A stretch of DNA of 64,000 nucleotides from Candidatus Eiseniibacteriota bacterium (lineage in GTDB: Bacteria; Eisenbacteria; RBG-16-71-46). The position numbers and the translations under genes are program-made. The stretch covers positions 64,001 to 128,000 of the forward strand of contig CAVZLN010000009.1 in assembly GCA_963776245.1 (NCBI GenBank), in the 5' to 3' direction. The notes beneath the pieces are model-generated. The model was given only the letters and a program-made list of their open reading frames with translations, was not told where the DNA came from and ran no database searches. The stretch's first letter is position 1. Every line of letters starts with the position of its first letter. This document shows, one piece after another, positions 56,439 to 64,000 of this stretch.

Positions 56439-59258
56439 ATGCTCACGAACCGACCACTCCGTTACAGCTTCGTGCGCTTGGCCGCAGCGCTCTCCTTGCT
56501 TCTCGGCGCATACCCGCTCACGGCGGGCGCCACCGCGCTCGCCCGGGGTGGCGTGTTTCCGCAGGCCGTGCGCGAGGCCTTCGACTCCGGCGTCTTCGCC
56601 GTGGGACCTCCGCCGGCGAGCGCCAGCGGCGTCGTGCAGACCGAGTGGCGGATCCCGATCGTGATGATCGCGTTCAGCGACCGGCCACTGACCTACTCCG
56701 CCGCGGACTTCGAGCCGGCGCTGTTCGACACCACGGGAGCCAACCCGCACGGAAGCGCCGCGGAGTACTGGCGCTGGGCCTCCGGTGGCCGCGTGCGCAT
56801 CAGCGGGCGGGTGGTCGCGACCGTGACCCTGCCCAACGACGTCGCCTACTACGGCGCCAACTCCTACGGTCTCAACACCACCTCCACCCCCCATAACATC
56901 TATGGCGCGATCCGCGACGCGCTCGCCGCATGCGAGGCCTCGGTGAACTGGTCGGAGTTCGACAACGATCACGATGGTTACGTCGACATGCTGTGGGTCA
57001 TCCACGCGGGCGTGGGGGGCGAAGTGGGGTTCGACCACAATTCGATGTGGTCCCTCACCTCGCGCATGTCGACGGGCTGGACGTACGGGACCCCATTCGT
57101 GACCTCGGACCCGGTTCCGGACTCCCCCTCCCAGATGATGCGGCTCGACCGCTTCTCCACCCTGCCCGAGCTGTCCCCGCAGGCGGCCGGACGGCGATCC
57201 GAGATCGGGGTCTATTGCCACGAGTTCGGCCACGCGCTCGGATTGCCCGACCTGTATGACGCCGGATCGCTGATCAGCAGCAACAACGGCCCCGGCAACT
57301 GGTCGCTCATGGCGACCGGGGGGCGCGGCGCCGACGGCGCGCACCCGGAGCGCCCGGCGCATCCCGGCGCGTGGCCGATGAAGGCGCTGGGATGGGCCAC
57401 GGCGGTGCGCCCCACGCGGGACACCACCATCACCCTGGCGCCGATCGAGACCGGCGGTCCGGTGCTCGAGGTGTGGTTCGAGGGCGAGGACTCCCCCGAG
57501 CACTTCCTGCTCGAGAACCGGCAGCGCCTCGGCTTCGACGAGTACCTGATGTCCGAGGGCCTGCTGGTCTATCACCTCGACCAGTCGGTCATCGATGCGC
57601 GCCTCGCCGCCAACCGGATCAACTCCGGCCCCACCCCGGGGCTGAAGCTGGTCGAAGCGGATGGGAACGACGACATCTACCGGGGGATCAACCGTGGCGA
57701 TGGGCGCGATCCCTTCCCGGGGAGCCTCGGAGTGACGCTCTTCGACGACAGCACGTTGCCCAGCAGCGCCACCTTCATGGGCGCGCCCACCGGCGTCTCG
57801 ATCAGCGACATCACCCCCTCCGGCGACGACATGCGATTCACCCTCCGGGTCGAGGCGCCCGGCTGGCAGCCGGTGCGCGATCGCACCGAGCCGGGCTACG
57901 CGCCGATCGAGGTCTACAGCCCGGCGCGCGCCGCCGTGGTGGACCCGGGCGGCACGATCTCGCTGGTGCGCAGCGAACTGCGCGCCGGCGTGCCGAAGGT
58001 GGTATTGCGCACCCGCCGCGACGGCGTGTGGAGCCCGGGCGAGGAGATCAGCACCTCCCCGAGTTCGGCGCTCAGCCCCAGCCTCGCGTCGCTGCCGGGG
58101 GGCGACCTCGCGGTGGCCTGGAGCGACACGCGGGGCGGGACCGCGCGCATCTACTATCGCACCCGGCTGCGCGGCACGTGGACCGCGGAGCGCCCGCTCG
58201 CGCAACTGCCCGGTGACGCCTATCGGCCGGCGCTCGCCGCGGACGCGAACGGCACCGTGTACGCCACCTGGCTCCAGGTGATCGGGCAGCGGCTGGCCGT
58301 GATGTTCATGCGTTTCGCCTACGCCTCGCCGTTCGGGACTCCGAGCGTCCTCTCCGACAGCACGCAGACCCCGGACGACCCCAGCATCACCGCCTCGGCC
58401 GGCGGGCGCGCCTACGTGATGTGGGCCGATCGGAACTCGCGCCCGCGCATGTTCTGGTTCGCCCGCTTCAGCGAGGACTCCGGGCTGAGTGCGCGCCAGA
58501 CGCTCAACCCCCTCCCGGGCCGTGATCCGGGGGCCTACTCGGGAGTCGCCGACTCGTCCGGCCGGCTCCACACAGTGTGGTTCCAGGGCTCGGGCGGCGT
58601 CAGCGAGATCCACTACCAGCGGCGCGACTTCACGGGTCTGACCTCGCTGCCCGACACCGTGATCGAGGTGCGGACCGAATCGCTCCAGAGCCCGATCCTG
58701 GAGGCGGATCCCCGCGGGGCGCTCCACCTCGCGTACGAAGCCCTGGGAATCGGGACGCAGCAGATCAAGTACAAGCGCTGGCGTGACTCGCTCGGCTGGG
58801 ATGCGCGGTCCACCACGGTGACCGCCGCCAGCGACGGCTTCGCCTACGGGCCCGCGGTGCTGCCGCTGTCGCCGGGACGCCTGACCGTGCTCTACACCAC
58901 CTACGTCGGGAGTGCCGCGGGCTTCTTCGAACGCGACCGCACACTCGATCCGCCCCCGGTGACCGCGGTGGTGCCCGAGCGCGCATCCACGGGGGTGTCG
59001 CTGGCCGCCATCCCGAATCCGGTCCGCTCGGGGGCCGCCCTCGCGCTGCACTGGAATGGCGCGGCGACCGGCGCCCCGGCCGAGGTCGAGGTGTTCGACA
59101 TCGCGGGCCGGCGGGTGGCACGAGCGCCGCTGCGCCCGGCCGCCGGCGGGAGCGTCGCGCAGTTCGAGCCCGACCGCACGGCCCGGTGGGGCGCGGGACT
59201 CTACTTCGTGCGCACGCTCGATGGCCGCGCGACCACGCGGCTGGTGGTGCTCCGTTAG
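56439..59258 (+). CDS. M6 (immune inhibitor A-like) metalloprotease with C-terminal FlgD/T9SS-like domain
   Basis: DNDHDGYVD, IHAG, CHEFGHALGLPDLYD, WSLMATG, FLLENRQ; tail PNPVR..VFDIAGRRVA..GLYFVR..RLVVLR. Confidence 0.88.
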   Translation: MLTNRPLRYSFVRLAAALSLLLGAYPLTAGATALARGGVFPQAVREAFDSGVFAVGPPPASASGVVQTEWRIPIVMIAFSDRPLTYSAADFEPALFDTTGANPHGSAAEYWRWASGGRVRISGRVVATVTLPNDVAYYGANSYGLNTTSTPHNIYGAIRDALAACEASVNWSEFDNDHDGYVDMLWVIHAGVGGEVGFDHNSMWSLTSRMSTGWTYGTPFVTSDPVPDSPSQMMRLDRFSTLPELSPQAAGRRSEIGVYCHEFGHALGLPDLYDAGSLISSNNGPGNWSLMATGGRGADGAHPERPAHPGAWPMKALGWATAVRPTRDTTITLAPIETGGPVLEVWFEGEDSPEHFLLENRQRLGFDEYLMSEGLLVYHLDQSVIDARLAANRINSGPTPGLKLVEADGNDDIYRGINRGDGRDPFPGSLGVTLFDDSTLPSSATFMGAPTGVSISDITPSGDDMRFTLRVEAPGWQPVRDRTEPGYAPIEVYSPARAAVVDPGGTISLVRSELRAGVPKVVLRTRRDGVWSPGEEISTSPSSALSPSLASLPGGDLAVAWSDTRGGTARIYYRTRLRGTWTAERPLAQLPGDAYRPALAADANGTVYATWLQVIGQRLAVMFMRFAYASPFGTPSVLSDSTQTPDDPSITASAGGRAYVMWADRNSRPRMFWFARFSEDSGLSARQTLNPLPGRDPGAYSGVADSSGRLHTVWFQGSGGVSEIHYQRRDFTGLTSLPDTVIEVRTESLQSPILEADPRGALHLAYEALGIGTQQIKYKRWRDSLGWDARSTTVTAASDGFAYGPAVLPLSPGRLTVLYTTYVGSAAGFFERDRTLDPPPVTAVVPERASTGVSLAAIPNPVRSGAALALHWNGAATGAPAEVEVFDIAGRRVARAPLRPAAGGSVAQFEPDRTARWGAGLYFVRTLDGRATTRLVVLR

Positions 59259-60312
59259 CCGCGCGCTCCGCGGCGCGCTGGCGCTCGCGCTGGCGCTCGC
59301 GGCGACGTCCGCGCGCGCGCAGGAGTCCCCGCTCCTCGGCGGCTACCTGCCGCTCGACGGGGAGCGACTGGAACACTGGGGCTGGAGCGGCGCGTGGGTC
59401 TTCCCGGTCGGCGACCGCTTCGACTACACCCGCGCCGACGATGGCGGGGACGGCGGATTCACGCTGCTGCGCGGCGTGCAACGCGAGGGCCGCGGACACA
59501 CCGGCGCCGACCTCGGGGACGGGCACGCGGGCGGGCCGGTGCGCGCCGCGGCCGCGGGCCTGGTGGTGCGCGTGTCGGACGCGGCGGGCGGGTACGGTCG
59601 CCACGTGGTGCTCGCGCACCGGCTCGCCGACGGCGGCCTCGCCTACACCGTGTACGCCCATCTCGGCCCCGGCGGCCCCCCGCTGCAGGCCGGCGAGGCC
59701 GTGGGCGTGGGCCAGCCCATCGGGGTGGTGGGACGGAGCGGGCGCGCGAGCACCGACCACCTCCACTTCGAGGTGCGGCGGCCCGTGGGAATCGGCGAGC
59801 GGTGGGAGAAGGCGCCCGCCGTGGACCCGCTCGCGTTCGTGGCCGAGCGGCTCCCCGCACCGATCGACGGCTGGTCCGCGCCCCTCGTGATGTGGGGCGA
59901 GGGCGGGGACCTGGTGCGGGGGGACGACGACCCGGGCGGGCCGCTGGCGCGCTCGGCGTGGTGGCGCATGCTGTGGCGCAGTGCGCGCCACCGCGGGGAC
60001 CTGCTTCCGGACGGCCCCCGCTCGCTCGGCGAGGCGCTGGTCGCGGCAAGCGTGCTGCCCGAGGGGGGCCGGAGGTCGCGCACCGACGTGGTGACGTGGG
60101 ACGAACTCGTGCGCGACCTCGAGCGCCTGCGCACGCTCGGGCTGCGGCTGGCCCCGGCGCCCCCGGCCGCGGCCGAATTGCGCGCCTGGTGCGAACGGGA
60201 GCTGGGGGCGCCGCGGCCAGGCCGTGAGCCCGGGCCGCTCCGGCACCGCCGCGGCACCGGACCCACCATGACCCAGGCGCTGCTCGCTCTGGCCGACCTC
60301 GCCAGCCCCTAG
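59221..60312 (+). CDS. M23-family metallopeptidase
   Basis: HTGADL (HxxxD), YGRHVVL, YAHL, HLHFE (HxH). Start uncertain. Confidence 0.8.
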   Translation: MAARPRGWWCSVSRALRGALALALALAATSARAQESPLLGGYLPLDGERLEHWGWSGAWVFPVGDRFDYTRADDGGDGGFTLLRGVQREGRGHTGADLGDGHAGGPVRAAAAGLVVRVSDAAGGYGRHVVLAHRLADGGLAYTVYAHLGPGGPPLQAGEAVGVGQPIGVVGRSGRASTDHLHFEVRRPVGIGERWEKAPAVDPLAFVAERLPAPIDGWSAPLVMWGEGGDLVRGDDDPGGPLARSAWWRMLWRSARHRGDLLPDGPRSLGEALVAASVLPEGGRRSRTDVVTWDELVRDLERLRTLGLRLAPAPPAAAELRAWCERELGAPRPGREPGPLRHRRGTGPTMTQALLALADLASP

Positions 60313-60365
60313 TCCAGCACTTGACGCTGCCCGGTGCCCGTGGCACCGTGCCGCTTCGTCTTCAC

Positions 60366-60640
60366 CAAGGCTGTGACGGGGACGAGTAGACGCGCGGAGC
60401 GCAGGAGCGAGCCGGGGACGGTGAGAGCCCGGCGCCGACCCGCGCGTCGAAGATCACCCCCGAGCCGCCGACCGAACCGGCGCATCGCGCCGCACTAGGC
60501 TCGGACGGATGGCCCTCCGACACAGGGCGTGAGCGGGCGGGGGCCCGTTCCATGAGGCGCACGCCGCGAGGCATGCGCGAAACCGGGTGGTACCGCGACT
60601 CGCTCGCCCCGGCGCCGATGCGCCGGGGCGTCCTGCTTCC
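60366..60640 (+). ncRNA. Isoleucine T-box riboswitch leader
   Basis: AGTA, GGTGAGAG distal loop, specifier GAAG-ATC-A (Ile codon 60453-60455), T-box GGGTGGTACCGCG (60585-60597), hairpin CGCCCCGGCG/CGCCGGGGCG (60605-60630); upstream of ileS. Confidence 0.88.
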
Positions 60641-60666
60641 CGGCCGGAAGGACGTGGGGCCCGATC

Positions 60667-63474
60667 ATGGCTGGATACCGCGACACCTTGAACCTGCCGA
60701 AGACCGACTTCCCGATGAAGGGCGACCTGGTCCGCCGGGAACCCGAGCGCCTGGCGTGGTGGAAGGAGCGGGAGTTCTACGCCGCGCTGCGCCGGCGTCG
60801 CGCGGGCGCCCCGGTCTACCTGCTGCACGACGGCCCGCCCTACTCCAACGGCCACCTCCACATGGGCACCGCCGCCAACAAGATCTGGAAGGACGCCGCG
60901 GTGCGCCAGGCGAGCCTGATGGGCTTCGATTCGCCCTACGTGCCGGGCTGGGACAACCACGGCATGCCGATCGAGGTACAGGTCAGCAAGGAGTTCCGCC
61001 AGCAGGGCGCGCAACCCGACGCGCTGGCGCTGCGCCGTCGCTGCCGCGAGTACGCGCAGGAATGGGTGGGCGTGCAGCGCGCGGAGTTCGAGCGCCTCGG
61101 CGTCTGGGGCGACTGGGACGATCCGTACCTCACCATGGCGCCGCGCTTCGAGGCCGAGATCCTCCGCACCTTCGCCCGGCTCGCCGAGCGCGGCTTCGTG
61201 CAGCGCGGCCAGCGTTCCATCCACTGGTGCCCGACGGACCGCACGGCGCTCGCGGTCGCCGAGATCGAGTACCAGGACGATCCCTCGCCCTCGATCCACG
61301 TGTCCTTCCCGCTGCGCCGCGACCCCCGCGGCGCGCTCGCGGCGTACGGCCCGGTGGCCGCGCTGGCCTGGACCACGACCCCGTGGACCCTGCCGGCCAA
61401 CCTCGGGCTGATGGTGGACCCCTCCGCGGACTACGCGGTGATCGAGGCCGGCGGCGCGCGCCATCTGCTGGCCGGCGCGCGGGTCGCGGCGGTGGCGAAG
61501 GCCCTGGGCTGGAGCGCCCCCGTGGTGCTCGGGACGGTCCGCGGCGCGGCGCTCGTGGACGCGGTGTTCGAGGGCCCGTGGGGCAACGATTCGCGCGTGG
61601 TGGACGGCACGCCCTACGTGAGCATGGAGGACGGCACCGGCCTGGTGCACACCGCGCCCGGTCACGGCCAGGAGGACTTCGTGGTCGGCCAGCGCGCCGG
61701 GCTCGGGATCGCCTGTCCGGTGGACGAGGCCGGCCGCTTCACGGCCGGCGCCGAGCCGTTCGTGGGACGCAGCGTGCTCGACGTCAACCCCGACATCATC
61801 GCCTGGCTGCGCGAGCGCGGGCGGCTGCTGGGGGCGTCCACCTTCTCCCACTCCTATCCCCACTGCTGGCGCTGCCACCAGCCGGTGATCTTCCGGGCCA
61901 CCTGGCAGTGGTTCATGATCATCGACCACGACGGTCACCGCGAGCGCGCGCTGGACGCCATCGAGCGCGAGGTGCGCTGGGACCCCGAGTCGAGCCAGAA
62001 CCGCATCCGCGAGTCGGTGCGCGGACGCCCCGACTGGTGCCTGTCGCGCCAGCGCACGTGGGGGGTGGGGATCCCGGCCGTGTACTGCACGGCGTGCGAG
62101 ACCGCCCGCCTCGACGCCGGGGTGATGGCGCGCGCCGCCGAACTCACCGCGGAGGAGGGCTCGGACGCGTGGTACGAACACCCGGTCGAGCGGTTCCTCC
62201 CCGAGGGCTTCCGCTGCGCGTCGTGCGGCGCCTCCGGACCGTTCCGCAAGGAGACCGACATCCTCGACGTGTGGTTCGACTCCGGTTCCACCCATCGCGC
62301 GGTGCAGGTCACCCACCCCGCGCTGAAGGCGGCGTGGGACCGGGCGCTCGGCGGCGCCGGCCGGGTGCTCTACTTCGAGGGCCCCGACCAGCACCGCGGG
62401 TGGTTCAACTCCTCGCTCATGGTGGCGGTCGGAGCGACCGGCCACGCTCCCTACACCGACGTCGCGACCCATGGCTGGGTGCTCGACGGGCAGGGCCGGG
62501 CGATGCACAAGTCGCTCGGGAACGTGATCGCGCCCGCGGACATCGTGAAGCGCCACGGCGCGGAGATCGTGCGCTGGTGGGCGCTCGCCACCGACTGGCG
62601 GAACGACGTGCGCGTGAGCGACGAGACCCTGCAGCGCGTCGCGGAGGCGTACCGCAAGGTGCGCAACACCTTCCGGTTCCTGCTCGGCAACCTCAGCGAC
62701 TTCGGCCCGGCCGACCGCCTGCCCGACGCGCGCCTGACCCCGGTGGATCGCGCGTTCATCCGCCATCTGCGCGCGCGCATCGAGCGCATGCGCGAGTCCT
62801 ACGAGGGGCTCCAGTTCCACCGCGCGCTCGACGCGCTGCTCGACCTGTGCACCGTGGACCTGTCCTCCGTGTTCCTCGATTTCTCGAAGGACCGGCTCTA
62901 CACCCTGGCCCCCGGCGACCCGGCCCGGCGCTCCGCGCAGACCGTGCTGTGGGAGGCGCTGCGCGGGCTCGCCATCGCCGCTTCGCCCGCGCTCGTGTTC
63001 ACCGCCGAGGAGGTGTGGCAGCACCACCCGGGACTCACCGCCGAGCAGCCCAGCGTGCATCTCGCGGACTGGCCGCGGGCGGATGCGGGCGGGCGCGGCG
63101 AGGAGGAATGGGCGCTGCTGCAGGGGGTGCGCGACGCCGTCAATGCGGCGATCGAGCCGCTGCGTGCGGACAAGTCGATGAGCGAGACCCGGGAGGCCGA
63201 GGTGGTGATCCATGCGCCGGCCGAGACGATCGCGCGGCTGAGCCCCTACCGCGACGACCTCCTGGACCTGCTCATCGTCGCCTCGGTGTCCCTCGTCGCG
63301 GGCCCCGCGGGGGCGGCCGGGCCCTACGCCGTCTCGGTGTCCCGCACCACGCTCGCGAAGTGCGACCGGTGCTGGAACCACCGCGCCGACGTGGCGGCCG
63401 GGGGCGCCGCGAGTGGACTGTGCGGACGCTGTGCGGGGGTGCTCGCGGAGACCGGTCGCACCCCAGCCACGTGA
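60667..63474 (+). CDS. ileS: Isoleucyl-tRNA synthetase, type 1
   Basis: TLNLPKTDFPM, HDGPPY, WTTTPWTLPAN, GTGLVHTAPGHG, DWCLSRQR, C-terminal CDRCW..CGRC. Confidence 0.96.
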   Translation: MAGYRDTLNLPKTDFPMKGDLVRREPERLAWWKEREFYAALRRRRAGAPVYLLHDGPPYSNGHLHMGTAANKIWKDAAVRQASLMGFDSPYVPGWDNHGMPIEVQVSKEFRQQGAQPDALALRRRCREYAQEWVGVQRAEFERLGVWGDWDDPYLTMAPRFEAEILRTFARLAERGFVQRGQRSIHWCPTDRTALAVAEIEYQDDPSPSIHVSFPLRRDPRGALAAYGPVAALAWTTTPWTLPANLGLMVDPSADYAVIEAGGARHLLAGARVAAVAKALGWSAPVVLGTVRGAALVDAVFEGPWGNDSRVVDGTPYVSMEDGTGLVHTAPGHGQEDFVVGQRAGLGIACPVDEAGRFTAGAEPFVGRSVLDVNPDIIAWLRERGRLLGASTFSHSYPHCWRCHQPVIFRATWQWFMIIDHDGHRERALDAIEREVRWDPESSQNRIRESVRGRPDWCLSRQRTWGVGIPAVYCTACETARLDAGVMARAAELTAEEGSDAWYEHPVERFLPEGFRCASCGASGPFRKETDILDVWFDSGSTHRAVQVTHPALKAAWDRALGGAGRVLYFEGPDQHRGWFNSSLMVAVGATGHAPYTDVATHGWVLDGQGRAMHKSLGNVIAPADIVKRHGAEIVRWWALATDWRNDVRVSDETLQRVAEAYRKVRNTFRFLLGNLSDFGPADRLPDARLTPVDRAFIRHLRARIERMRESYEGLQFHRALDALLDLCTVDLSSVFLDFSKDRLYTLAPGDPARRSAQTVLWEALRGLAIAASPALVFTAEEVWQHHPGLTAEQPSVHLADWPRADAGGRGEEEWALLQGVRDAVNAAIEPLRADKSMSETREAEVVIHAPAETIARLSPYRDDLLDLLIVASVSLVAGPAGAAGPYAVSVSRTTLAKCDRCWNHRADVAAGGAASGLCGRCAGVLAETGRTPAT

Positions 63475-63526
63475 TCCGCGACCGCCGCCGGCTCGGGGGC
63501 GCCGCGACCTCTGGTCCCGGAGCGGC

Positions 63527-64000
63527 TCACGGAGCGCCGGGCAGTTCCAGCTCCGCCTGGCGCGGGTAGCGGCGCTTGAGGTCGAGCACCAGCTGGCGGA
63601 ACGCCGGGGTCTCCCCCTGCAGCGGCACCGCGTCGGTGTCGATCTCGAGCACCTCCATCTCGGCCCGCGCGCGCCGCATCCAGTCGTCGTAGGCACGGTT
63701 GAGACGCGCGATGTAGTCCATGCCGATGCCCTGCTCGCTCGGCCGTCCGCGCCGCGCGATGCGATTCATGAGCGTCTCGGGGCTCGCCCGCAGGTAGAGG
63801 ATCACGTCGGGCTTGCGCAGGTAGCTCGTCAGCACCCCGAACAGCGCGGCGTAGTTGTCGTGATCCACGTCCGTCATCGAGCCCTGCTCGTGCAGGGTGC
63901 GGGCGAAGATCTCGGCGTCCTCGTAGATGGTCCGGTCCTGGATGAACGGCACCGGGCTCTTGCAGATCTCGACCTGGGCCTTGAAGCGCTCGCTGAGGAA
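63527..64000 (-). CDS. Deoxynucleoside kinase (5' end outside the window)
   Basis: FLSERF, IQDRTIYED, PDVILYLRASPETLMNRIARRGRPSE. Confidence 0.88.
   Translation of the reverse strand, partial: FLSERFKAQVEICKSPVPFIQDRTIYEDAEIFARTLHEQGSMTDVDHDNYAALFGVLTSYLRKPDVILYLRASPETLMNRIARRGRPSEQGIGMDYIARLNRAYDDWMRRARAEMEVLEIDTDAVPLQGETPAFRQLVLDLKRRYPRQAELELPGAP

Noticed and set aside
60454..63696. 1080-aa minus and 1005-aa plus ORFs overlapping ileS
   Set aside because: Alternative-frame shadows, Arg/Pro/Gly-rich, overlapping a clear gene and its T-box.

Overview
A very GC-rich, gene-dense chromosomal segment from a diderm bacterium. GWxTD, TonB-dependent and FlgD/T9SS-tail proteins suggest an FCB-allied candidate phylum such as Ca. 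Eisenbacteria (inference only). Left to right: partial ggt; gcdH-like acyl-CoA dehydrogenase; a LytS kinase-TPR-TonB receptor-LytTR operon; a minus-strand run with a 4-hydroxybenzoyl-CoA-reductase-like Mo enzyme (hcrCAB), xdhC, mocA, LOG, kynureninase-like, thyX, fdhD and an orphan membrane protein; an FAD oxidase; a solitary DUF222/HNH-type gene; aldolase and FBPase (joined by an apparent +1 frameshift); arsC; dinB-DUF72 behind a putative LexA box; ccmABCDEF (CxxxY-type CcmE); nrnA, pdxTS, iscS, mrp; mreBCD-mrdA-rodA-lgt-aroE-comF-cbiMQO-rarA; an orphan outer-membrane cluster; NlpC/P60, GWxTD, M6 and M23 peptidases; an Ile T-box plus ileS; and a partial deoxynucleoside kinase. The most unusual signal lies inside the HNH gene: five palindromes with compensatory base changes, four of them on an exact 36-nt period with unique spacers. 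No rRNA, tRNA, CRISPR-cas or transposase was recognised. All calls come from motif recognition by eye; no searches were run.
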